Below, one piece after another: positions 8,251 through 16,392 of a stretch of DNA of 24,606 nt; position 1 is the stretch's first letter; every line of letters begins with the position of its first letter. The DNA lies in IMG/VR virus record IMGVR_UViG_3300031965_000128, positions 1 through 24,606 of that record; one strand, given 5' to 3'. The DNA is from a virus. Lineage: Duplodnaviria; Caudoviricetes. Under the pieces are notes generated by a model that saw only the letters and a list, made by a program, of their open reading frames with translations, made no database searches and was not told the DNA's origin. The translations under genes were made by a program, and so were the position numbers.

Positions 8251-10746
8251 ATGCCGATCAATTACGAGCAGCTTCCAGAAGAGCTGAAGTGGGACCGCCA
8301 GTGGGCTCTAGCAGGTCCAGACGACCAAACCGGCAAATACCGGGCACCTTATAGTTACGGGCAAAGAGGTATCTTTAAGATCAGCCCGGTTGACAAAACG
8401 CACTGGAAAGATTTCGAAAGCATTGTTGACGCTACGCAGGTTCACAAACCTTGCGGACTTGGTTACATCCTTAGCAAAAATGACCCTTACGCATGTATCG
8501 ATCTGGATATTAAAAATGCCAATAACGAAACTGATCCCGCTAAGTGGACTTCACAAGAAAATATTGACCGATTCCATCGTATTATTGAAGCGTTTGGAAG
8601 TTACACCGAACGCAGTGCGTCCGGACAAGGGTTCCACATCTGGGTTCGTGGTGCAATTGGTGAAGGGGCTCGACGAGATGGGGTTGAAGTCTACTCACAA
8701 GAACGTTTCATTGTATGTACAGGAGACGTGTATCTCAACAAAGAGATAGAAAATCGGCAAGAACTGTTGAACCTATTGGTCCAGGAAATTAGACAAGCTT
8801 CCCCGGATACCAATAAGATTGAGCTGGTTGAAGTTGAACAAACCGAGTCCGACGAAGTCATTTTTGAACGAGCACGTACTGCGGACAATGCAGACAAATT
8901 TATAACTCTGTGTGAAGGTGACTGGACAGGTTATCCTTCGCAGTCTGAAGCAGACCTTGCGCTAATGTCTATTTTTGCGTTTTACACAAAGTCAAATGAA
9001 CAGTGCCGGCGTCTATTTCGCGCAACGAAGCTTGCTGATCGTACGCAAAACGAAAAGAACCGCCACAAGCATGATAGGAATAATTATCATCTTGACCGTA
9101 TTTTAAGCATCATCCGTGGTAGGCAACAAATAGAAGAGCAATTGGACGCGTACGGTGCGGCAAGTAGTGCGGCGCTGTTAGCTAGTATGCAGGGTAACGC
9201 ACACGTAGCAGCAACGGCAGCACCCCACAGCGCACCAGCTCACGCAGGTGGTAACCCTACCCTACCGCAGCAAGCAAACCCTGTACAAACCGCTATACTA
9301 AAAAGCAATCCCATACTATTTCCAGATGAAATTGCTGCAATGGAGCAGGGTGAGGAAGATGAAGATCGAGAACCCTCCAGTTTAGAATGGCCACCTGGCA
9401 TGATTGGGTGCCTTGCGCGACATATATTTGAAAACTCACCTCGCCCCGTTCGAGAAGTCTCGATTGTTGCTGCCCTAGGTTTGCTGGCCGGAGTGTGTGG
9501 TAAAGCATTTAACATCCCGCAGTCCGGGTTGAACCTCTACATTGTACTGGTTGCCCGTTCAGCTATCGGTAAAGAAGCTATGCATAGCGGTATCGCGAAT
9601 ATTATGAACTCTATAGGTTCCGCATCGCCTACTGTGATGTCATTTGTAGATTTTTCAGATTACGCTTCTGGTCCAGCTTTATCTAAAGCGGTTGCTGCCA
9701 ATTCTTCATTTGTCAACGTATCTGGCGAATGGGGGCGTAAATTAAAACGCCTTGGACAAGAAGATGGTAAAGAGGGCCCGATGCAGCAACTGCGCACTGT
9801 GATGACCAACTTATATCAGAAGTCTGGTTCTGGGTCAATTGTTGGCGGTATTGGTTATTCTGACAAGGATAAAAACATTGCAAGCGTTTCAGGTGCTGCA
9901 TATAGCATGATTGGTGAAAGCACCCCGAAAACTTTCTACGACTCATTGACTGAAACGATGATGGAAGACGGATTCCTGAGTCGTTTTATCGTGATTGAGT
10001 ACACAGGCAACAGACCTGCTGCAAATAGTAAATTTATCGATAAACCTGAACCTATCTTACTCAGCACCTTGACAGCGTTAATGGAGCACGCTGTTGCACT
10101 TAACGGTAGAGCTGCCGTGCAAGCGGTCACAACTACGGCAGATGCCAACGAGATATTGGTCGAATTCGATAAAGAATGTGACATACAAGTTAACGCTACT
10201 GACGACGAAGGATGGCGTCAGATGTGGAATCGTGCGCACTTGAAGACCTATCGTATTTCAGCCTTATTAGCAATAGCAGACAACCATATAAATCCTGTTA
10301 TTCGAAAGGACCACGTTGAGTGGGCATTGAACCTTATCCGTAAAGACATTCAAATTATGAGTCGCCGCATACGTTCAGGTGATGTCGGTACAGGAGACTC
10401 TACGCGGGAACGTAAGCTTCTCTCAATCCTGCATAAATATATGAGCGCGGCCGATATTGCACCAGGTTACGGTGTTCCGAAACAGATGCACGCAGATGGC
10501 ATTATTCCACGTAAGTACCTGCAGATAACCACACAGCGTTCGAGTGCTTTCACCAGTCACCGAGCTGGTCAGAACGCTATCTTGGACGCTACAATTAAGT
10601 CTCTCATTGATAGCGGTTATTTGCTTGAGTTGGGAAAGGACAAGGCGCTTAAAGATTATTCATTCCATGGAAGGGCTTTCAGGATTGTCAATTTACCACT
10701 CAATTCCAAAGAAGCTAAAGAAGTAAAAGTAGGTCTAAACAAATAA
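8251..10746 (+). CDS. Primase-polymerase (NrS-1-like) fused to a C-terminal helicase-like (DUF3987-like) domain
   Basis: CIDLD, YTERSASGQGFHIW, VEVYSQERF, SQSEADLAL motifs; later ARSAIGKE P-loop and DGFLSRF. Confidence 0.88.
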   Translation: MPINYEQLPEELKWDRQWALAGPDDQTGKYRAPYSYGQRGIFKISPVDKTHWKDFESIVDATQVHKPCGLGYILSKNDPYACIDLDIKNANNETDPAKWTSQENIDRFHRIIEAFGSYTERSASGQGFHIWVRGAIGEGARRDGVEVYSQERFIVCTGDVYLNKEIENRQELLNLLVQEIRQASPDTNKIELVEVEQTESDEVIFERARTADNADKFITLCEGDWTGYPSQSEADLALMSIFAFYTKSNEQCRRLFRATKLADRTQNEKNRHKHDRNNYHLDRILSIIRGRQQIEEQLDAYGAASSAALLASMQGNAHVAATAAPHSAPAHAGGNPTLPQQANPVQTAILKSNPILFPDEIAAMEQGEEDEDREPSSLEWPPGMIGCLARHIFENSPRPVREVSIVAALGLLAGVCGKAFNIPQSGLNLYIVLVARSAIGKEAMHSGIANIMNSIGSASPTVMSFVDFSDYASGPALSKAVAANSSFVNVSGEWGRKLKRLGQEDGKEGPMQQLRTVMTNLYQKSGSGSIVGGIGYSDKDKNIASVSGAAYSMIGESTPKTFYDSLTETMMEDGFLSRFIVIEYTGNRPAANSKFIDKPEPILLSTLTALMEHAVALNGRAAVQAVTTTADANEILVEFDKECDIQVNATDDEGWRQMWNRAHLKTYRISALLAIADNHINPVIRKDHVEWALNLIRKDIQIMSRRIRSGDVGTGDSTRERKLLSILHKYMSAADIAPGYGVPKQMHADGIIPRKYLQITTQRSSAFTSHRAGQNAILDATIKSLIDSGYLLELGKDKALKDYSFHGRAFRIVNLPLNSKEAKEVKVGLNK

Positions 10747-10804
10747 GTAGCTTTTATCGTGGAAGTTACGCTATAGTAACTCACGCAAACATAGGAGATT
10801 AAAG

Positions 10805-11353
10805 ATGTCAAAGTTCCAACAAGATATTATCAAGTTTAACGGGATGTACAAGCTACCGGTAGCAACCGAACCAAGTCTGGATCAGTTGGGTGTCGCGCCA
10901 ATTGCGCGGCTGAAAGCATTTAAAAGCATTCTTACCGAGGAACTTAACGAGATTGACGAAATTGTTGAAGTTCTCGAAAATTTCGATAAAGCAAGACTTC
11001 CTGTGACGGACGTCTTAACTTTGTTCGCAGACCTGCTGGGCGACATTCAGGTGTACTGTGCGTCTGAAATGGTCAAGTTCGGGCTGCCGTTGGATGAAGT
11101 GCTGGCCATCATCATGCAGTCGAACTTTTCCAAGCTCGGCGAAGACGGCAAGCCGATCTACGATGAGCGCGGCAAGGTGCAGAAGGGGCCTGGTTACTGG
11201 AAGCCTGAGCCTGCAATCAAGAAGTTGCTCACGACAATGTTAGCTGGTCCAGGGCACCTTGAAGCGCGAGCATTGCTCGATGGACATAATGCGAAGATTT
11301 CCGCAGGTAAAAATTACGGTGCATTCGATCCTTTGCCTATTAACCCCGAATAA
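10805..11353 (+). CDS. MazG-like nucleoside-triphosphate pyrophosphohydrolase
   Basis: EELNE, ADLLGD, SNFSKLGEDGKPIYDERGKVQKGPGYWKP. Confidence 0.85.
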   Translation: MSKFQQDIIKFNGMYKLPVATEPSLDQLGVAPIARLKAFKSILTEELNEIDEIVEVLENFDKARLPVTDVLTLFADLLGDIQVYCASEMVKFGLPLDEVLAIIMQSNFSKLGEDGKPIYDERGKVQKGPGYWKPEPAIKKLLTTMLAGPGHLEARALLDGHNAKISAGKNYGAFDPLPINPE

Positions 11354-11362
11354 GGTTATAAT
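11333..11362 (+). promoter_or_regulatory. Sigma70-like promoter
   Basis: TTGCCT N18 TATAAT, upstream of the small ORF and the structured RNA array. Confidence 0.5.
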
Positions 11363-11399
11363 AGCTATACAGCATTGCGAGACGGTATAAAGGATTTTA

Positions 11400-11549
11400 A
11401 TGTTAATTGTCTTATTAATCGGGTTGATGCTTTGTGATCCCAAGCCCGAACTTCGGATCACTAGAACGGCAAAAATGCCCGAATCAGTGCCCGAGATGGC
11501 ACCCAAGAAGTATCGATGTACCATCGAGGTTGCACTTAATTCGGGTTAA
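11400..11549 (+). CDS. Possible 49-aa peptide with hydrophobic N-terminus
   Basis: MLIVLLIGLMLCDPKPELR...ALNSG*; AAGGA RBS; hairpin at 11526-11558 spans its stop. Confidence 0.45.
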   Translation: MLIVLLIGLMLCDPKPELRITRTAKMPESVPEMAPKKYRCTIEVALNSG

Positions 11550-11578
11550 TGCAATCTCGCCAAAAAAATTAATTAAGG

Positions 11579-11907
11579 TTTGATGCTGCATTCAATGCAG
11601 CATCAAAGCACCCGGAAGGGTGCCAACACATGGGCCCATTGGTTTGAGGTACGCGACTCAGATTCCATACCAGTCGAGCGACGATATGCGAAAGCTTGCA
11701 ATGGGTCCATGTGTTGATAGCTCGAATAATCTTGTCTGGAGTCACGCGCCCGATTGCTTAGACGGGTTATCAACAACCAACATTGAAGCGCTTGCAAAAG
11801 CAAATGCGGACAAGGTTCATCAAACGGCAATGCCTACCTGAGTCTTAAATAAACGGTCAGCTACCGGCTCAGTCTGTGCAGCGAGTAGCGAGCGTTTCAA
11901 TGTTGGT
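11579..11907 (+). ncRNA. Array of unclassified stem-closed structured RNA domains
   Basis: Back-to-back stems: 11579-11607, 11608-11623 (GGAA loop), 11624-11717 (18 bp), 11716-11772 (10 bp), 11776-11907 (20 bp); deviations in the closing stems are G-U pairs on the + strand. Confidence 0.65.
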
Positions 11908-12022
11908 GAATGCGCAGGCTGATGTGCAACGAGGGATGTGAATGGGGTATCTAGTTCGTATCTGTGGTTCCGATCGATACCAGCCACAGAAATGCTGGGA
12001 GAAATCAGTACCAGCCACCAAC
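11902..12022 (+). ncRNA. tRNA-shaped small RNA resembling the skipping-rope motif (name from recall)
   Basis: GTTGGTG/CACCAAC closing stem; TGCGCA-GGCTGA-TGTGCA arm; GCTGG-GAGAAATCAGTA-CCAGC arm; GCTGAT is complementary to ATCAGT. Confidence 0.65.
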
Positions 12023-12048
12023 TTCAACTTACTGTGAAGGAGTGCATT

Positions 12049-12480
12049 ATGAACGCAGTTGCAATGCCTGTTGAAGTAGTCAGCCAAGAAGATTTAGAAA
12101 CTTGGTATAAGCTTCAAGAGCAACTTGAAAAAATCAAAGCCCAGGAAATGGAGTTGCGGAAGAAAATTTTTACCGCGTATTTCCCAAACCCTGTTGAGGG
12201 CACAAATAGCGCCCCTTTGACCGAAGGTTGGGTATTGAAAGCAGTTTACCCAATCCGGCGTGAACCTGAACAAGCCGCTCTCGAAGTTCTCAAAGAGGAA
12301 CTACGGGCTAAAGGAATTCCCGTGGATAACTTGATCAAATACAAACCTGAGTTGGTCACAGCCATGTATCGGCAGTTGACTGATGAGCAGCGCAACCTTT
12401 TCGACCAAGTCCTTGTCATTAAGCCTGGGTCTCCTCAAATGGAGGTCATGCTCCCAAAACGTAAAGCAAAGTCAAAGTAA
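12049..12480 (+). CDS. Conserved-looking phage protein of the replication module, function unknown
   Basis: AAGGAG RBS before ATG 12049; EGTN...L..GWVLK and IKPGSPQME motifs. Confidence 0.85.
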   Translation: MNAVAMPVEVVSQEDLETWYKLQEQLEKIKAQEMELRKKIFTAYFPNPVEGTNSAPLTEGWVLKAVYPIRREPEQAALEVLKEELRAKGIPVDNLIKYKPELVTAMYRQLTDEQRNLFDQVLVIKPGSPQMEVMLPKRKAKSK

Positions 12481-12493
12481 CAGGTAAAGAGTT

Positions 12494-12730
12494 ATGGCCA
12501 AACCTGACAACCCATATGGGTGCTATAACCGGATCTTTCCGAGACGCACACTTATGGTCCAAGACGGCTGGATAAAAACTCGTCGGGTTGGCGGTGTTGA
12601 CTCCCGTATGCCTAAAATGATTGTCATTGCGAATAGCAACTCAAGGGATTGCCGGTATACATTGGATTATCAAGATGCTCGTTGTGCCGGTTGTAAGCAT
12701 GAGAATACAAAATGGGGGACGAGGGAATGA
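12494..12730 (+). CDS. Small Cys-containing phage protein
   Basis: PYGCYNR...CRY...RCAGC. Confidence 0.7.
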   Translation: MAKPDNPYGCYNRIFPRRTLMVQDGWIKTRRVGGVDSRMPKMIVIANSNSRDCRYTLDYQDARCAGCKHENTKWGTRE

Positions 12731-12903
12731 GTTCAAAGCCCGAACCTTGTGGTGTTTGTCTTAAAAACCGTGAAAAGGCTTGTTCCCACACTTCTTGTCC
12801 GAACAGAAAGCCTATCACTGCACAGCCACCGGAAGGTGAAGATGTTCAAACCATACGCGGCCAATCTGGAAGTTGTATCCGCATAGCTAAGAGGTATGAG
12901 TAA
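12712..12903 (+). CDS. Small zinc-finger-like protein
   Basis: CGVC...CSHTSCP; ATG 12727 overlaps the previous stop and is the likely start. Confidence 0.6.
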   Translation: MGDEGMSSKPEPCGVCLKNREKACSHTSCPNRKPITAQPPEGEDVQTIRGQSGSCIRIAKRYE

Positions 12904-13243
12904 TATGAGCCAAGAAAAGAAGGGTGAGTTCACCGGTGGCAATGTCAACTATTATTTGGTTGACATTAAACAACCGAAACGGCTCGACCCATACAAAGCA
13001 GAAGCAGAAGACATTATTGAAGCGCTTGGTATGACATTTGCTGAGGGTTGCGCATTTAAAGCGATTTGGCGTAGCTGCGCAGCCCGTTCCCTCGGTGTGC
13101 TTAAAGCTGGGATGGACGCACATGGTGTTTATGACGCTGAAAAGGTCAAGTATTACAGCGAACGCATGCTTGCACAGCGTCAGAAGATTGCAGCAGAAGC
13201 AGCGTCTGACCTAGTGTCCCTTGTTGTCGAGGTTGCTAAATGA
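12896..13243 (+). CDS. DUF3310-related phage protein
   Basis: GGNVNYY...EAEDIIEALGMTFAEGCAFKAIWR...YDAEKVKYY. Confidence 0.7.
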   Translation: MSNMSQEKKGEFTGGNVNYYLVDIKQPKRLDPYKAEAEDIIEALGMTFAEGCAFKAIWRSCAARSLGVLKAGMDAHGVYDAEKVKYYSERMLAQRQKIAAEAASDLVSLVVEVAK

Positions 13244-13512
13244 ACCTCGAACAAGCCCAGGCGGTCGCAGATGAAATCCACAAAGCGCAACCGAATGACC
13301 TAAATGTGAAAGCCAGACAATGTCGTGGGGACCCTTCCGATGTCAGGCTTGAGATTGAGATCAAAGTGGGTGAAGGGTCCATATTGGTGGGTCATCTAGA
13401 CCCATCTAAAGCAGATTGGGATACCTATTACTTATTTGTCAAAGCAATAGAAAGTGCTCATCGTGTTGGAATCCGCCATGGTTTAAAACTAGCACGACAA
13501 TTTGATCATTAA
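13240..13512 (+). CDS. Hypothetical protein
   Basis: GAGG RBS, ATGA overlap. Confidence 0.65.
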   Translation: MNLEQAQAVADEIHKAQPNDLNVKARQCRGDPSDVRLEIEIKVGEGSILVGHLDPSKADWDTYYLFVKAIESAHRVGIRHGLKLARQFDH

Positions 13513-13527
13513 CGCTAGGGCTAGACA

Positions 13528-14475
13528 ATGTCAATCAAAGCAATGAGAGCGGGCAACTATGACCGCAAAAAGATCAAGTTCCCTGTTTGGGCACTTCCGA
13601 AAATTGACGGTGTACGTGGCTTGAACATGGGTGACGGGTTGACAGCTCGCACCATGAAGAAACACAAGAACTATCACGTCACCGCTCTGTTTAGCACACC
13701 TGAACATATTGGTTTTGATGGTGAGCTTGCAGCAGAGCGCGACACGCATCCGGACCTATGCCGCTTGACAAGCAGCGCAGTCGGAACTTACGAAGGCACG
13801 CCTTTCGTCTTGTGGCACGTCTTCGATTTTGTCACTCAAGAAACACGCCTGTGGCCCTACTCACAGCGCTATGGTTTTCTACAACGTCATCTCGAGCTAC
13901 AGCAAGCGCAAGGCTTGTGTGGTCATCTACGGCTCGTCCCCTACATTGTTTGTAATAATCTTGAAGAACTTGACGCTGCGCATCAGCACTACATGGAGCT
14001 GGGTTATGAGGGCACTTGCTTTTATGGGCCTGGTGTCAAACATAAAGAAGGCAAAAGCTCTCCGAGCCACAATGGTGTACTCCGCATCAAGGATTTTGTC
14101 GATACAGAAGCAGAAGTCCTTGAGATCCTTGAAGGGGATACTAACCTTAACGAAGCACAAATTAACGAACTGGGCCGTCAGTTCCGCAGTTCGCACAAGG
14201 AAAATAAAATCCCGAACGGTATGGTCGGATGTCTCATTTGCCGACAACTCACGGACGTCTTTGATCCAATGGATGAGACAAATCTGCTAATTGCCAAAGA
14301 CCAGATTATTAAAGTCTCCCCTGGCAAAATGCCGCACGAAGAGCGTTTACATTTCTACCAGAATCAGGAAAAGCTGCTTGGTCAAATCATTAAGCATAAG
14401 TTCTTCCCGCGCGGGATTAAAGACAAGCCGCGTTTCTCGAATTACCAGTGCATACGCAGTCCTGAAGACATGTAG
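13528..14475 (+). CDS. lig: ATP-dependent DNA ligase
   Basis: KIDGVR adenylation motif, FDGEL, VFD, GYEG, RIK, KPRF. Confidence 0.93.
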   Translation: MSIKAMRAGNYDRKKIKFPVWALPKIDGVRGLNMGDGLTARTMKKHKNYHVTALFSTPEHIGFDGELAAERDTHPDLCRLTSSAVGTYEGTPFVLWHVFDFVTQETRLWPYSQRYGFLQRHLELQQAQGLCGHLRLVPYIVCNNLEELDAAHQHYMELGYEGTCFYGPGVKHKEGKSSPSHNGVLRIKDFVDTEAEVLEILEGDTNLNEAQINELGRQFRSSHKENKIPNGMVGCLICRQLTDVFDPMDETNLLIAKDQIIKVSPGKMPHEERLHFYQNQEKLLGQIIKHKFFPRGIKDKPRFSNYQCIRSPEDM

Positions 14476-14496
14476 TATCTATCCTTAAAATTCCCC

Positions 14497-14525
14497 TTGC
14501 AAATGCGCAACTGAGCGCGCATAGT
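14497..14525 (+). promoter_or_regulatory. Possible sigma70-like promoter
   Basis: TTGCAA N17 CATAGT in an intergenic gap; two short hairpins follow in the leader. Confidence 0.4.
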
Positions 14526-14621
14526 AGCTAAACCCGCTACCCATGTAGTGGAGCCAATTTTAACCGCAAGCGTTCTAGGACGTTTGTGTCCTTTGCTATC
14601 TAAACACAACAGGAGTCACAA

Positions 14622-15464
14622 TTGGGCATCCTTGACCAAGTTTCACATTCGTCAGCTAAAACCGGCATCCGTGCGGTAATTAGCGGTGTCGAAAAAGTCG
14701 GCAAGACCACGCTGGCATGCAATGCGCCACGTCCTTTGCTCATCCCTCTGGAAACCGGCTATTCCGGTGTCAGTGTCAACAAAGTACCCATGATGGAAGA
14801 CCTCGCGAGCGTGACAGCTTTACTTGACGAGATTACCACACAATGCCAGCAAGGCCAATTCCCATACCAAACACTCGTTTTCGATAGCGCAACAGCACTG
14901 GAAAAGCTGATCCACTTAGCTGTCCTGGCAACAGACCCTCTGTATGTCAACGGTAACAAGAAGGGTCTGATTATGGACAACGCACTCGGGGGATATGGCA
15001 AAGCGTACAATCTCGCCAACGAACTGTTCGGTGCCTTCCTCAAGAAATGTGACGAGCTGGCTATCTACGGTGGGCTCAACATTGTCTTGACTTGCCACGT
15101 TTTTGCAGCAAAAGTCGTTGACCCTGCTTACGGCGAATACGACACTTGGGATCTGTTGCTGCATTCCCCCAAAAACCAGAAGACTTACGGCAAGCGCGAG
15201 ATGCTCACCCAATGGGCAGATGTCGTTGGTTTCTTACACGAGCCACTCTACGTCACCGAAGGCAAGAACATGAACAAGGGTATCAGTGCCAATCAAGGCC
15301 GGGTACTTGCGGTTTCTCGTGAGCCGAGCTTCGTTGCAGGGAACCGTTTTGGTGTGGTCAACAAGATCACGCTGCCCAAAGAAAATGGCTGGAACTGTCT
15401 TGCCCAAGAGATTTACCAGTCCTGCGGCTTTGACGTCTATAACCGTGATATCGCGCAAGCATGA
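14622..15464 (+). CDS. AAA-family ATPase (AAA_24/Sak4-like)
   Basis: GVEKVGKTT Walker A, LVFDS Walker B, GGYGKAY, QWADVVGF; AGGAG RBS before a TTG start. Confidence 0.88.
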   Translation: MGILDQVSHSSAKTGIRAVISGVEKVGKTTLACNAPRPLLIPLETGYSGVSVNKVPMMEDLASVTALLDEITTQCQQGQFPYQTLVFDSATALEKLIHLAVLATDPLYVNGNKKGLIMDNALGGYGKAYNLANELFGAFLKKCDELAIYGGLNIVLTCHVFAAKVVDPAYGEYDTWDLLLHSPKNQKTYGKREMLTQWADVVGFLHEPLYVTEGKNMNKGISANQGRVLAVSREPSFVAGNRFGVVNKITLPKENGWNCLAQEIYQSCGFDVYNRDIAQA

Positions 15465-15637
15465 ACAACACTAACAAAATCATAGGCTGGGTTGAACCGA
15501 AGCCTGTTAGTGGTCGCCATACGGGTTCCCACGTCTGGAAACAGGCGCGGCTCAGTGGCAACTTCCGACCGAAAATCTTGCAGCTTAGCATTTGGGCAAT
15601 GTTCAAGCACGGTCTGCCGGGTTCTTGGGGTAAGTAA
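15461..15637 (+). CDS. Possible 58-aa basic protein (absent from the ORF track)
   Basis: MNNTNKIIGWVEPK...GSWGK*; ATGA overlap with the ATPase stop; ends 5 nt before tRNA-Leu. Confidence 0.45.
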   Translation: MNNTNKIIGWVEPKPVSGRHTGSHVWKQARLSGNFRPKILQLSIWAMFKHGLPGSWGK

Positions 15638-15642
15638 CAAAC

Positions 15643-15728
15643 GCCCGGATGGCGAAACAGGTAGACGCACTGGATTTAAAATCCAACGATCTTTGATCAT
15701 GCCGGTTCGATCCCGGCTCCGGGCACCA
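15643..15728 (+). tRNA. tRNA-Leu(TAA)
   Basis: GCCCGGA/TCCGGGC acceptor stem, anticodon loop TT-TAA-AA, long variable arm, GCCGG-TTCGATC-CCGGC T arm, ACCA end. Confidence 0.93.
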
Positions 15729-15747
15729 ACTTAATTAAGGAGTAATC

Positions 15748-15963
15748 ATGGCAACCAAGAAAGCAGCACCTGTCAAAAAGGCATCTCCGCCAGCAAAGAA
15801 GATTGTGCAACAAAGTCCACCAATTGATCGCTGGCAAGCACGGGACGACTTGCGTACTGTTCAAGCTGCTGCGGAGATCCAATCTGATGCAAAGCGCATG
15901 AAAGCTGCACAAGCTGAAGCGCAAAGTCAAATTGCTGCTCTGTCCAAGGTCAGCAAGAAGTAA
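15748..15963 (+). CDS. Small Lys/Ala-rich protein
   Basis: AAGGAG RBS; lies between the two tRNA genes. Confidence 0.8.
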   Translation: MATKKAAPVKKASPPAKKIVQQSPPIDRWQARDDLRTVQAAAEIQSDAKRMKAAQAEAQSQIAALSKVSKK

Positions 15964-15968
15964 TTTTC

Positions 15969-16074
15969 GCTTTCGTAGCTCAGTTGGTAGAGCATGGAAT
16001 CCTGTCATGGTAGAACAACATATCCATGGCTTGGTACGTCCAGGTCGCAGGTTCGAGTCCTGTCGGAAGCACCA
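15969..16074 (+). tRNA. tRNA-Thr(GGT)-like gene interrupted by a 31-nt insertion in the anticodon stem
   Basis: GCTTTCG/CGGAAGC acceptor, GCTC-AGTTGGTA-GAGC D arm, GCAGG-TTCGAGT-CCTGT T arm, ACCA end; deleting 15999-16029 gives TGGAC-TTGGTAC-GTCCA. Confidence 0.8.
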
Positions 16075-16099
16075 ATTTAATCAACGTAAGGAGATTATT

Positions 16100-16330
16100 G
16101 TGAAAAATGCTCAATCTGGCAAAATCATAACCGTCAAAGCAAAATCTGTCGATCTTGGCGCAATGCAAACCGAAGTTGAGCTTTCAACTAAACAAATGAA
16201 GAAAGCTACGACAGATTTACAAAAGGCGAACATTGCTTACGCGGAAGCAGAAGAACGTTACAATCAAGCGAATAAGGCTTTGATCAATGGCATCAATGTT
16301 TTGCGTTCAAGCACAAAATTGGCCGTTTAG
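16100..16330 (+). CDS. Small coiled-coil protein
   Basis: AAGGAG RBS before GTG 16100, in frame with the listed 15932 ORF. Confidence 0.75.
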   Translation: MKNAQSGKIITVKAKSVDLGAMQTEVELSTKQMKKATTDLQKANIAYAEAEERYNQANKALINGINVLRSSTKLAV

Positions 16331-16392
16331 ATATTCTAACCGCTTTGCCGTCTGCGGATAAAGACGGCAATTCAAAAATTGAGGGACTTAAA

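Noticed and set aside
11030-11240. Apparently GC3-rich patch inside the MazG-like gene
   Set aside because: Visual impression only and unquantified; ordinary phage mosaicism would explain it.
11620-11841. 73-aa ORF, and the 11938 upstream extension of the 12049 gene
   Set aside because: Weak RBS support and coincide with G-U-rich stems; an RNA reading fits better, though coding is not excluded.
11579-12022. Possible CRISPR array given the Cas4-like nuclease
   Set aside because: No direct repeats with spacers; stand-alone Cas4-like exonucleases are common in phage replication modules.
15669-15686. C-A mismatch and U32 in the tRNA-Leu anticodon arm
   Set aside because: Within normal variation for phage tRNAs; no function can be inferred from one sequence.
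15492-15734. 80-aa ORF, and the 5' extension of ORF 15932-16330
   Set aside because: They run through tRNA genes; better starts exist at 15461 and 16100.
15969-16074. tmRNA or group I intron interpretation
   Set aside because: No G3-U70 pair, no tag ORF, and the insert is far too short for a self-splicing intron.
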